From Eledone cirrhosa (Eukaryota): DNA of 64,000 nucleotides. Where the stretch lies: positions 27,094,001 through 27,158,000 of the forward strand of contig OZ024740.1 of assembly GCA_964016885.1 (NCBI GenBank). The letters run 5' to 3'. This document shows, in pieces, positions 23,284-34,407 of this stretch. Position numbers and translations under genes: made by a program. How positions within the stretch are numbered: position 1 is the stretch's first letter; every line of letters begins with the position of its first letter. The notes under the pieces are model-generated. The model saw only the letters and a program-made list of their open reading frames with translations, made no database searches and was not told the DNA's origin.

Positions 23284-25377
23284 ATGGCTACCAAAAAAAA
23301 AAAATTTCATACGTCACTCCCACTCATTCCGTCTTCTTCTTCCTCAATCATCACTACAGGAGAGAGAAGATTGTCTCTCTCCCTCCCTTCTTTAAATGTG
23401 TCTCTCTCCCTACCTTCTCTTTCGCAAGCGACGAAAGAAAAGAAAAGTCTCGTGCAAAGCGTGCAAGGTTTCTCCACGACGACGACGACAGCGACGAAAC
23501 AGGTGTGCGGGAAATACGAAAACCCAGTTCATTCGTCTGACGTCAGGAATAATAGCAGTAGCAGCCGTAATAACAACAGCAACAGTGACAATGAAAACAA
23601 CAGTAGCAGCCGCAACAGCATCACCAGCAGCATAAACAACAACAGCATTAGCAGCAGCAACACCAACAACAACCACAGCAACAGCGGCGGAGGCAGTAGT
23701 CGTAGTACCTGCAGCAACAACAAAAGTACCAGCAGCTCTGACGACAACAACAACAGCAGAGAAAAACCAATCTCATTTGCAGGTATTGCGAAAAACCTGG
23801 AAACAATCCTCATAACAAATGAGGAATTAGAGGAAGCGAAGAAGATGGTGACAAAGAACGGACACCGAGCAATCTGCAAGGCAGCGAAAAATTTTTTCGA
23901 AACCCAAGAGCACTGTACGGTCACGTACCGTACAGTAAGTACAAAATCCCGTAGGGTGGAAAGAGCCACAGAGGCCCAAATACAAAAAGCCTTGGGGTCT
24001 GTGTGGCAGAGGAAAACGCACATCACCCGAGGCAAAAAATACGCCACCGTAGACGTACTTTTTGCCACACCCCAGGAGGCAAAGGCCCAATCAGTAGTGA
24101 CCCTAAGGAGCGAGGAAATGGTGTTGGTGCCCTCCTACTGCGGGCAAAAAATTGTGAGGGTCAAACTGACCCACGTCCCCCCCGGAATGACCCCTTCTTG
24201 GCTGGCCGCGTCTGTCCTCGTCGGAATCGAGGACAAAACAACTGTACTGCAAGTACAGAAAAAAGTAAGAGAAGATTGGGTCGGCTCCTCCATTGAGATG
24301 CTAATCCAAACCAACCAGGAGTGCATCGAAGCTATCCCGGATGTGATAGACTTCGATAACGGCACTCAACTGCCCATAAGTGTTGAGGGCAAACGCCCGA
24401 AATGCTTTCGCTGTGGATCGAAGACTCACCTCAGGGCCTTCTGCAACGAGAAGACCCTGAGAAAGGAGAAAACCCCCCTCCTCCCGAATCCGGTTCCACG
24501 GCTACCAGCAACAGGACAAGCGGCAACCAGGAACGATAGGTCCGTGGCACCCATACCCACTCCACGGAAATCAAAGACAGCAGCAGCAGTGGAAATATCA
24601 ACAACAACAACAGCAATACCAAATGCAGCTGCAACAGAGACTCCAGTGCAAACATCACCAACAACAACAAGTGAAAGAGTGGAGCTGGTACCCCTCCCCG
24701 ACCTTACAGAATCAGACATGGAGTGTGAGGTGGGAGAGGGATGGCAAAAGGTCTCAAGAAGGCACAAACGCAGAAGCAGCGCATCGTCGCCTTTGAAAAG
24801 GGAGGAAAGAAATGAGAAAAGGGTAAAGTCTACTGCAAAGAGACCCACAGCAGCAACACCACCAACACCATCACCACCCACACCAGCACCACCATCACCA
24901 CCGGCGACAACCCCACCGCCAACAACACCTTCAACACCACAAGCACCAACATCGCAAACACAACAACAAAACACACACACCCAGCAACAACGACAAGAAA
25001 ATAGCAGAACCACACCCCACCCCCAGAAAAACAAATGCACGGCAATAAACACACACAACAAGAAACTAATGACTTACATAATTGAACACACAGACATTTC
25101 ACAACAGGACTACATAATACCAGCACCAATCAAAACGCCAACTAACATAAGACTGCTAAAAATAGCACAGAAACAATACACAAACATTAAAACGAAATTC
25201 CCCAACGCAGTTGGTGATTTCAGGGACCTAGGAGGAACCATTAATCGAAGAGTATATTCAGACATTCTCTTAGAAGAGCCGACGACCAGCCGAAGGGACG
25301 ATTCAACGGTCCCTTCACCAGACGATCAAGTGAAAAGGGATGTAAAAACCATCCCTCCTCTACCAAAAGTACGGTAA
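23284..25377 (+). CDS. LINE ORF1 protein, ~697 aa, gag-like nucleic-acid-binding protein with CCHC knuckle
   Basis: Open frame from the first ATG at 23284. CFRCGSKTHLRAFC (CX2CX4HX4C), Asn/Ser-rich and Pro/Thr-rich tracts, basic RRHKRR patch. Confidence 0.88.
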   Translation: MATKKKKFHTSLPLIPSSSSSIITTGERRLSLSLPSLNVSLSLPSLSQATKEKKSLVQSVQGFSTTTTTATKQVCGKYENPVHSSDVRNNSSSSRNNNSNSDNENNSSSRNSITSSINNNSISSSNTNNNHSNSGGGSSRSTCSNNKSTSSSDDNNNSREKPISFAGIAKNLETILITNEELEEAKKMVTKNGHRAICKAAKNFFETQEHCTVTYRTVSTKSRRVERATEAQIQKALGSVWQRKTHITRGKKYATVDVLFATPQEAKAQSVVTLRSEEMVLVPSYCGQKIVRVKLTHVPPGMTPSWLAASVLVGIEDKTTVLQVQKKVREDWVGSSIEMLIQTNQECIEAIPDVIDFDNGTQLPISVEGKRPKCFRCGSKTHLRAFCNEKTLRKEKTPLLPNPVPRLPATGQAATRNDRSVAPIPTPRKSKTAAAVEISTTTTAIPNAAATETPVQTSPTTTSERVELVPLPDLTESDMECEVGEGWQKVSRRHKRRSSASSPLKREERNEKRVKSTAKRPTAATPPTPSPPTPAPPSPPATTPPPTTPSTPQAPTSQTQQQNTHTQQQRQENSRTTPHPQKNKCTAINTHNKKLMTYIIEHTDISQQDYIIPAPIKTPTNIRLLKIAQKQYTNIKTKFPNAVGDFRDLGGTINRRVYSDILLEEPTTSRRDDSTVPSPDDQVKRDVKTIPPLPKVR

Positions 25378-25412
25378 GTGGTCTTTCCCATCTTTTCCAC
25401 TCTATTTTAAAC

Positions 25413-28400
25413 ATGACCTCACTCAGAATAGGCAGCATAAATGCGCGTGGCTTGGGGTCGTCATGGAAGCAGGGTCACCTGCTCAACGACCTCAGGTCAC
25501 TAAACATAGATGTAGTGGCCATCAGCGAGACCAGAATCTCCGAAGCACGGGCCTTCGCACCGATCTTCGGCGGCTACGATGTGTACGCATCTCCCAGCCG
25601 TCCTGGATCGGGTGGAGGAGTTGCTGTGCTTTTTCGGAGAGGTTTGGATCTCGCCATACGGGCCATCTTCCTGGACCCAGAGGGTAAGCTGGTGGTGCTG
25701 GACGTGACCAGCGGAGACGGGCAAGCTTTCAGGCTAGTGGCCGTCTATGCCCCGACAGGAGCAGGGCGGCCTGATTTCTTCCGGCGTCTGGAGACCTTTC
25801 TTGGAACGTCCCGCTCTTTAGTGTTAGTGGGCGACTGGAACGGGATCTTAGATGCACGCTGGGACTGTGTGGGATTAGCGGATAGGGGTGGAGGGTGCAA
25901 GAGCCTCACCAACCTGCTCAGGCGTTTTGAACTGTCTGACAGGTACCGATTGGATTTCCCGAATGTGCCAATGTGGACTTGGACAAACCGCATAGGGTCA
26001 TCCAGATCATATCTAGATAGAGTATTTTGTAGGGAAATAGATAGGTCTAGCATAGGCTGTCCACAATTCAAGATAGTCAGCTACACGGACCACAAATTCG
26101 TGATCTGTGTGCTTGACTTAGATAGGCTTCATAGACGAGGACCCGGCTACTGGAAGCTAAACGCGTCCTTACCAGCGCGCAAGGCCTACAGAGACCGGAT
26201 TAGCGAACTAGTTAAGCGGGCGTTGACGGGGGCCATCGTCAACAACAAGTGGTGGTTTGCTCTGAAAAGAGCGATTAGAATAGAATCGATTAGGTTTAGT
26301 AAGGCTTTAGCAATAGAGAAAAATAGAGCAGAGGGAGAACTAGTTAGAAAATTAGACGAGGCGCTTAGCAAAGGCATTGCGACCGACGTGCTTGCGGCGA
26401 AATTGGCCCTTGACCAATTCTTCAATGCAAAGCACGAAGGCTGCGTTGTCAGAGCTAGGGTGCGTGCTCTCAGACACGAGGGGACGAAAGCCGTTCAATG
26501 GGCCCGAGTGGCGGAGGCGCGTCGTGGCAACAAAGCCACGATCCGGTCTTTGGTGGACCACGACGGGCGCATGCTACTCGATCCCGGGCAAATGTGTGAA
26601 GCTTTTCAGCGACACTTCACTCAGCTGTTCGGGGGCAGCGGGGGGCCGGGTAGAGGGATGGACTTTAGTGTCTACCTCGACGGACTGCCGCGGCTCTCGG
26701 CCACTGAGGCGAAGTGTTGCGAAAAGCCGATAACAGCCGCTGAAGTACGGGAGGCAATGACTGGCTGCACAAGGGGTAAATCGCCTGGTTTGGATGGTCT
26801 GCCCTATGAACTTTACGTACAGATGCCAGACTTGTTCGGAGGCCTCTTGGCGGACGTCTACTGCAACTGGCAACAGAACGGGAGAATTCCCAGTTCTGTG
26901 AGCCGAGGAGCGGTGGCACTGCTGAGAAAGGATCCGAACAAGGGGGATAACATAGACAATTTCCGGCCCATAACTCTGCTAAACACAGAGTTTAAGATTT
27001 TGGCCAAGGTGCTAGCAAAGAGGTTGGCGCTTGTCGTTGGTGGTCTGGTGGGAGAGGCGCAGACATGCGCCATTCCCGACAGATCCATCCACGACAACCT
27101 CCACCTCATGCGATACATCGTAGAGAGGGTAGCTAGGGAACCTGGCACGGGTGGGTCCTTGATCAATTTAGATCAGTCGAAAGCTTTCGATAGGGTCGAC
27201 CATCGTTACCTAGCGGCAGTCCTGAGGGCGGCTGGCTTTGGGCCCGTCTTCAGAGGCTGGATCGCTGCCATGCACAGCGACATCTGCTCTGTGGTAAGAG
27301 TGAACGGTCACCTGTCGGAACCGTTCAACATCATGCGCTCGGTCCGCCAAGGATGTCCCCTCTCGTCCCTCTTGTACGTATTGACTCTCGAGCCATTACT
27401 GCACAAACTGGAGACGTTGAGGGGAGTCCCGCGCGAACTAGGATGCGGAAGATCCGTGTCAGCATATGCGGACGATGTCACCGTAGTGGTGTCGAACGCC
27501 AAACACATCGAGGCGATCGGCACTACACTAAGAGAATACGAAGCGGTGACAGGAGCAATGATCAACCAGGAAAAGTCAGTGGGCCTGCAGCTCGGCACCT
27601 GGAGAGGCAGGTCCATGCCGTCCAACAGCGTCGTCGGGCGCTGGACGGACGGACCGGTTAAATTGCTAGGGGTCTGGTTCGGTCCGGACCTCCAGACGGA
27701 CAAAAACTGGGACGAGGTGACGAGCAGGGTGGCTTCTCTCACCCAGAAATGGGCGGAGAGGAAGCTATCCCTGAAAGGTCGAGCGGAGGTGGCTAACGCG
27801 TACATCGCGTCTGTCATCTGCTACCGCCTAACCGTCGTACCTTGTCCTAAGCCTCGCCTGACTGCGCTGGAGCGTTTGCTCTTTCGCTTTTTGTGGATGG
27901 GACGTGCTCCGATGGTCAGGCGGTCCATCTGTTGTCAACACCCGCTACGTGGAGGGCTGGGCATGCCGTGGCTGATGATGCGCAGGCACGCGCTCAGGCT
28001 ACGACATCTCCACCTCTTCCTCGACGGTGATCAGGTGTGGTCGCCGTTTGCTAGACGCGTTTTTCCCCAGCTCGTTTCCTTGACGGAGCTGCAGTCCTGG
28101 GTCAAGCGAAGACCGAGAGGGAGCGCCTGGAGACTGGAATGTCTTCAGGCGCTCACAGCCCTCGACCAATCGGGCAATGTGATCGGTGGAAACTCCACCT
28201 CAGCGTTCTATAGAGGATTAGTGGAGGGGAAGAGCGACGACGTACTTGGGGAAACTCTAGGCGTCGACGAAAATCAACTAGCCAATCTCTTCGGAAGAAC
28301 TTTCGGGCCAGGGCCTATGGACAACTTCCAGAAATCTCTGGCCTGGCAGTGCTACCGAGGAGCCTTGCCAGTTCGGGATAAACTCTACAGGCATGGAGGT

Positions 28401-28832
28401 GCCGTCAGCCGGGCATGTCCGAGATGCGCGCAGGGCGACGAAACCGTCCTGCACGCACTCGTCCAGTGTCCGAAAATTGCTGACTTGTGGGTTTATGTCG
28501 AACACCTGCTGTCGCGTTTAGGACGGATCCAGCTATCATCTGAGTCTATCGTGAGGATTGCCCCGCCCTCCTCCTTTAGCCGGGAAGGGCAGGCAGTTTT
28601 TATCTGTCTGGTGGCCATGGCGAAAGAGATAGTATGGTGGACACGTTTGAAAGGGCTGAAGACGAGCACTTACCTCTTCGGTGATGCTCTGATTGACTTT
28701 TTCAAATTTCATTTGAAAAGGAAAATCAGAGTAGAGAAGGAAGTGCTCTCTTCCCAGCATTTTGTTGAAAGATGGGTGAGAGAAGCAAGAATGGCCCGAG
28801 TGAATGGGCCGACTCTGAGTATATATCTGTAA
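25413..28832 (+). CDS. LINE ORF2 protein, 1139 aa: APE endonuclease + reverse transcriptase + CCHC
   Basis: SINARG, SET, VYAP, GDWN, YLDR, TDH (APE). KSPGLDG, FRPITLLN, DQSKAFDRV, RQGCPLS, YADD, LGVWF (RT). CPRCAQGDETVLHALVQC. Confidence 0.96.
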   Translation: MTSLRIGSINARGLGSSWKQGHLLNDLRSLNIDVVAISETRISEARAFAPIFGGYDVYASPSRPGSGGGVAVLFRRGLDLAIRAIFLDPEGKLVVLDVTSGDGQAFRLVAVYAPTGAGRPDFFRRLETFLGTSRSLVLVGDWNGILDARWDCVGLADRGGGCKSLTNLLRRFELSDRYRLDFPNVPMWTWTNRIGSSRSYLDRVFCREIDRSSIGCPQFKIVSYTDHKFVICVLDLDRLHRRGPGYWKLNASLPARKAYRDRISELVKRALTGAIVNNKWWFALKRAIRIESIRFSKALAIEKNRAEGELVRKLDEALSKGIATDVLAAKLALDQFFNAKHEGCVVRARVRALRHEGTKAVQWARVAEARRGNKATIRSLVDHDGRMLLDPGQMCEAFQRHFTQLFGGSGGPGRGMDFSVYLDGLPRLSATEAKCCEKPITAAEVREAMTGCTRGKSPGLDGLPYELYVQMPDLFGGLLADVYCNWQQNGRIPSSVSRGAVALLRKDPNKGDNIDNFRPITLLNTEFKILAKVLAKRLALVVGGLVGEAQTCAIPDRSIHDNLHLMRYIVERVAREPGTGGSLINLDQSKAFDRVDHRYLAAVLRAAGFGPVFRGWIAAMHSDICSVVRVNGHLSEPFNIMRSVRQGCPLSSLLYVLTLEPLLHKLETLRGVPRELGCGRSVSAYADDVTVVVSNAKHIEAIGTTLREYEAVTGAMINQEKSVGLQLGTWRGRSMPSNSVVGRWTDGPVKLLGVWFGPDLQTDKNWDEVTSRVASLTQKWAERKLSLKGRAEVANAYIASVICYRLTVVPCPKPRLTALERLLFRFLWMGRAPMVRRSICCQHPLRGGLGMPWLMMRRHALRLRHLHLFLDGDQVWSPFARRVFPQLVSLTELQSWVKRRPRGSAWRLECLQALTALDQSGNVIGGNSTSAFYRGLVEGKSDDVLGETLGVDENQLANLFGRTFGPGPMDNFQKSLAWQCYRGALPVRDKLYRHGGAVSRACPRCAQGDETVLHALVQCPKIADLWVYVEHLLSRLGRIQLSSESIVRIAPPSSFSREGQAVFICLVAMAKEIVWWTRLKGLKTSTYLFGDALIDFFKFHLKRKIRVEKEVLSSQHFVERWVREARMARVNGPTLSIYL

Positions 28833-29093
28833 ACTAAAGGTGGAAAACTGGGAGAGGGCACTTGCCTTGGTGGTCAGGGTCATTGTGGCTTTTTACTGGG
28901 CTTTCTCCACAAATGTCCCTCCGAAGTCTCCCCCCTATTGGGGAATTTTTCATTGTTATTTTCATTGTTATTTTTGTTACATCCTCTGTTTTTGTTTTTT
29001 TTACACGCAGAAATGCCCATTTGTACCGTCCTGCATTGTCCTGCACTGTCCTTAATGTCTACTTTATGTAAACCCTTGTGGTTAATAAAGAAA

Positions 29094-29137
<44 letters not shown>

Positions 29138-29350
29138 GGCGACCTACGTAGGAAATCGTATTATTGTGAGCTCAGCAAATGTTTGTTGTTTTTAGTTGTT
29201 TAAAATTGCAATTTATGGAAATGTTTTATTGTTAACTGTATATAAGTGCTTATACATTGTTTTCTGAAAAGGACACTCAAAATGATTGCGGCCTTGAGCC
29301 CAAATTTAAACTTTTATAATTATCAAACAAACATTTCTTTAAAAAAAATC

Positions 29351-31284
29351 ATGGACGATTCACAGTCACACCTTCCTCACAAACTAACACCTCACACCGA
29401 CACCACCATTGTAAATATTACTACGTTTGCCAACACTAAAAATATAAGCAGTAGCAATAATTTAAATTTGTCACATGCAGGCATTCATTTCCCGCCATTA
29501 CCAATGACTGCAGGTGTTGAAGTTGCCACCCCCACCACCACCACAGCGACAACAGAAACAAAAGAAAAAAAATTATCTCGTGACATCGAAATGGATTCAC
29601 ACAAAACCGACACATCCACACCGAACACCACTGACGCCACTACTACCACAACTGAAACAAAAATAAAAATAATAAAAATAACGATAACAACAACAGCAAC
29701 AACAAAAATGAGAATAAGAAAACCACCCACTCTTTTGCCAGAGTAGCAAAAAAGTGCGAAGCAATCCAGGTAACTCAGGAGGGATTAGATGAGGTCAAGA
29801 GAATGGTAAAGAAAGATGGGTACATGGTCAGCCTCACTCCCCCGCCCCACCTATTAAAATAGAGCATCGGCGCCTATGCACCGTGTCTTATCGGACGATT
29901 AACATAAAATCGCGCCGAGTGGAACGAGCATCCGTGTCCCAAATCAAAAAAGCTTTGGGACATGTGTAGGCACAAAATACCCTCATCAGACGTGGGCAGA
30001 AATATGTAACCGTGGACCTGTTCTTTGGAACACCACAGGAGGCCAGAGAACACTCCATGGCCCCATTAAGAAGTGACGACTTCACACTCGTCCCAGGCTA
30101 TTGTGGCCAGAGACTCGTGAAGATCAGGGTGACCCACGTTCCACCGGCCATCGAAATTCCCTGGCTAATGGCTGCCATCCTCGCCGGCATCGAGGCCAAC
30201 ACCAAGATAATCGAAATAGCGAAAGAAAAGCAGGAGAACTGGTCCGGATCTGGGATGGAGCTCCTGATCCAAGCGGACCAAAAAAGCATTGAGGAGATCC
30301 CAGAGGTAATAAACCTCACTGACGGCAGCCACCTCACTGTAATCGTCGAGGGCAGAAGGTCTAGGTGTGTCGTTTCTGGTGAAGGAACCCACCTAAGGGC
30401 TTTCTGCCCTCAGGCTAAAAGGTTGAGGCCACCTCTCTTACCCACCCCAGTGACTCAATAATAAACACCACCAGAAGCAGAAATGGCAGCAACAACGGTA
30501 GCAGCAACAACAGAAGCAACTGTAACAGCAACAACCACAGCAACAGTAGCAAAACCAACACCATCACCACCCAACGCGCCAGAAATAGCACCAGCTCCTA
30601 CAGCATCCACCACGCCACAACCAAAACTAACGCCTGTGGAGGATTTTCCACTCCCCGACCTATCACAGCTGGAGACAGATTGTGACGACGAGGAGTGGGA
30701 AAAGGTATCAGGAAAAAAGAAAAAAAGAAACCAAAAAAGAAAAAAAATCTCTTCCTTCCCCCTCCAAAAACAAAATACAGAGGGAAACAAATAAACTATC
30801 AAACAAAAAAGTTAGGACAGATATGCCACCATCCACACCAGCATCACCAACCCCATAACCACAAACACCAACACCATCACCATCATTAACCCCAACACGA
30901 CCATCACCAACACCACAAAAGTCACCAAAAAGCGAAACAGTAACAAACCCACAACAAACCCAAACAAAACAAAACAACCAAAACGATACACACTACTCAG
31001 CATTACATTTGAACAACAACCAATTATTACACTACATCCAACACAACGCCAGCATCATAGGAAAAGACTACACAACAACCCAAAAGTTCACACCACCTCC
31101 ACACATAAAAATCACTCGCATCACACAGAAAACGTACACGACACTAAAACAAAAATTCCCCAAAGACATCGGAGACTTCCGACAAACACACTCCAGGAGA
31201 ATTTATAAGGACATCCTTCCGGAGGAGACCACAAGCAGTGAAAAGGATGGTAAAACCATCCTTCCTCTACGAGAAGTAAGGTAA
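29351..31284 (+). pseudogene. Divergent ORF1 of B3 (frameshifts and stops)
   Basis: LVPGYCGQRLVKIRVTHVPP...VEGRRSRC...THLRAFC aligns to B2 ORF1 at protein level. Confidence 0.8.
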
Positions 31285-31318
31285 GTAGTCTTTCCCATCT
31301 TTTCCACTCCATTTCAAC

Positions 31319-34143
31319 ATGATCTCACTCAGAATAGGCGGCATAAATGCGCGTGGCATGGGGTCGTCATGGAAGCAGGGCCACCTGCTCAACGACCTCA
31401 GGTCACTAAACATAGATGTAGTGGCCATCAGCGAGACCAGAATCTCCAAAGCTCGGACCTTCGCACCGATCTTCGGCGTCTACGATGTGTACGCATCACC
31501 CAGCCGTCCGGGATCGGTGGGAGGAGTTGCTGTGCATTTTCGGAAAGGTTTGGATCTCGCCATACGGGCCATCTTCCTGGACCCAAAATGTAAGTTGGTG
31601 GTGCTAGACGTGACCAGAGGAGACGGGCAAGCTTTCAGGCTAGTGGCCGTGTATGCCCCGACAGGAGCAGGGCGGCCTGATTTTTTCCGGCGTCTGTAGA
31701 GCTTTCTTGGAACGTCCCGCTCTTTAGTGTTAGTGGGCGACAGGAACGGGATCTTAGATGCACGCTGGGACCGTGTGGGATTAGCGGATAGGGGAGGAGG
31801 GTGTAAGAGCCTCACCAACCTGTTCAGGCGTTTTGAACTGTCTGACAGGTACCGATTGGATTTTCCGAATGTGTCAATGTGGACTTGGACAAATCGCATA
31901 GGGTCATCAAGATCGTATCTAGATAGAGTATTCTGTAGGGAAATAGATAGGTCTAGCATAGGCTGTCCACAATTCAAGATAGTCAGCTACACGGACCACA
32001 AATTCGTGATCTGTGTGCTTGATTTAGATAGGCTTCATAGACGAGTACCCGGCTACTGGAAGCTAAACGCGTCCTTACCAGCGCGCAAGGCCTACAGAGA
32101 CCGGATTAGCGAACTAGTTAAGCGGGCGTTGACGGGGGCCATCGTCAATAACAAGTGGTGGTTTACTCTGAAAAGAGCAATTAAAATAGAGTCCATTAGG
32201 TTTAGTAAGGCTTTAGCAATAGAGAAAAATAGAGCAGAGGGAGAATTATTCAGAAAATTAGACAAGGCGCTTAGCAAAGGCATCGCGACCGACGTACTTG
32301 CGGCGAAATTGGCCCTTGACCAATTCTTCAATGCAAAGCACGAAGGCTGCGTTGTCAGAGCTAGGGTGCGTGCTCTCAGACACGAGGGGACGAAAGCCGT
32401 TCAATGGGCCCGAGTGGCAGAGGCGCGTCGTGGCAACAAAGCCACGATCCGGTCTTTGGTGGACCAGGACGGGCGCATGCTACTCGATCCCGGGAAAATG
32501 TGTGAAGCTTTTCAGCGACACTTCGGCAGTCCTGAGGGCGGCTGGCTTTGGGCCCGTCTTCAGAGGCTGGATCGCTGCCATGCACAGCGACATCTGCTCT
32601 GTAGTGAGAGTGAACGGTTATCTTTCGGAACCGTTCAACATCATGCGCTCGGTCCGCCAAGGATGTCCCCTCTCGTCCCTATTGTACGTATTGACTCTCG
32701 AGCCATTACTGCACAAACTGTAGACGTTGAGGGTGGGTCCCGCGCGAACTAGGATGCGGAAGATCCGTGTCAGCATATGCCGACGATGTCACCGTAGTGG
32801 TGTCGAACGCCAAACACATCGAGGCGATCGGCACTACACTAAGAGAATACGAAGCGGTGAGAGGAGCAATGATCAACCAGGAAAAGTAAGTGGGCCTGCA
32901 GCTCGGCACCAGGAGAGGCAGGTCCATGCCGTCCAACAGCGTCGTCGGACGCTAGACGGACGGACCAGTTAAATAGCTACGTGTCTGGTTCGGTCCGGAC
33001 CTCCAGACGGACAAAAACTGGGACGAGGTGACGAGCAGGGTGGCTTCTCTCACCCAGAAATGGGCGGAGAGGAAGCTATCCCTGAAAGGTCGAGCGGAGG
33101 TGGCTAACGCGTACATCGCGTCTGTCATCTGCTACCGCCTGACCGTCGTACCTTGTCCTAAGCCTCCCCTGACTGCGCTGGAGCGTTTGCTCTTTCGCTT
33201 TTTGTGGAAGGGACGCGCTCCGATGATCAGGCGGTCCATCTGCTGTCAACACCCGCTACGTGGAGGGCTGGGCATGCCGTGGCTGATGATGCGCAGACAC
33301 GCGCTCAGGCTACGACATCTCCACCTCTTCCTCGACGTTGATCAGGTGTGGTCGCCGTTTGCTAGACACGTTTTTCCCCAGCTCGTCTCCTTGACGGAGC
33401 TGCAGTCCTGGGTCAAGCGAAGACCGAGAGGGAGCGCTTGGAGACTGGAATGTCTTCAGGCGCTCACAGCCCTCGACCAATCGGGCAATGTGATCGGTGG
33501 AAACTCCACCTTGGCGTTCTATAGGGGATTAGTGGAGGGGAAGAGCGACGACGTACTTGGAGAAACTCTAGGCGTCGACGAAAATCAACTAGCCAATCTC
33601 TTCGGAAGAACTTTCGGGACGGGGCCTATGGACAACTTCCAGAAATCCCTGGCCTGGCAGTGCTACCGAGGAGCTTTGCCAGTTCGGGATAAACTCTACA
33701 GGCATGGAGGTGCCGTCAGCCGGGCATGTCCGAGATGCGCGCAGTGCGACGAAACCGTCCTGCACGCACTCGTCCAGTGTCCGAGCATTGCTGATTTGTG
33801 GGTTTATGTCGAACACCTGCTGTCACGTGTAGGACGGATCAAGCTATCAGCTGAGTCCATCGTGAGGATTGCCCCGCCCCCTTCCTTTAGCCTGGAAGGG
33901 CAGGCAGTTTTTATCTGTCTGGTGGCCATGGCGAAAGAGATAGTATGGTGGACACGTTTGAAAGGGCTGAAGACGAGCACTTACCTCTTCGGTGATGCCC
34001 TGATTAACTTTTTCAAATTTCATTTGAAAAGGAAAATCAGGGTAGAGAGGGAAGTGCTCTCTTCCCAGCATTTTGTTGAAAGATGGGTGAGAGAAGCAAG
34101 TATGGCCCGAATGAATGGGCCTTCTCTGAGTATGTGTCTGTAA
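31319..34143 (+). pseudogene. ORF2 of B3, disrupted
   Basis: ORFs 31319-31699, 31727-32752, 32298-32723 and 33028-34143 are near-identical to parts of the B2 ORF2. Confidence 0.92.
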
Positions 34144-34407
34144 ATTAAAGGTGGAAAACTGGGAGAGGGCACTTGCCCTGGTGGTCAGGGCCACTGTGGT
34201 CTTTTAATGGGCTTTCTCCACAAATGTCCCTTGGAAGTCTCCCCCCTATTGGGGAATTTTTCTTTGTTATTTTATTTCAACCTCCGGTTTTTTACACGCA
34301 GAAATGCCCATTTGTACCGTCCTATATTGTCCTGTACTGTCCTTAATGTCTACTTTATGTAAACCCTTGTGGTTAATAAAGAAAACATTATTATTATTAT
34401 TATTATT

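Larger units (their letters stand above)
23071..29137 (+). mobile_element. Full-length, apparently intact Tx1-like LINE (lineage B, copy B2)
   Basis: 5'UTR, intact ORF1 and ORF2, 35-nt spacer, 3'UTR and AATAAA at 29084. (ATT)n on both sides (23050-23070 and 29096-29137). Confidence 0.95.
29138..34407 (+). mobile_element. Tx1-like LINE copy B3: lineage-B ORF2 and 3'UTR with a different 5'UTR/ORF1; degenerate
   Basis: Starts after (ATT)n. ORF1 relic 29351-31284. ORF2 relic 31319-34143 with stops and a ~0.6 kb deletion at ~32524. (ATT)n tail at 34387-34407. Confidence 0.92.

Noticed and set aside
26858-27166. Antisense 102-aa ORF recurring in five Tx1 copies (also 27-335, 11553-11861, 15827-16135, 19431-19739)
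   Set aside because: It is a shadow of the conserved RT codons on the opposite strand, with no independent evidence of function.
8644-34407. Array as a segmental/tandem duplication or an LTR/retroviral cluster
   Set aside because: Copies differ in lineage, truncation point and decay. There are no LTRs, integrase or protease, and the architecture is APE-RT.
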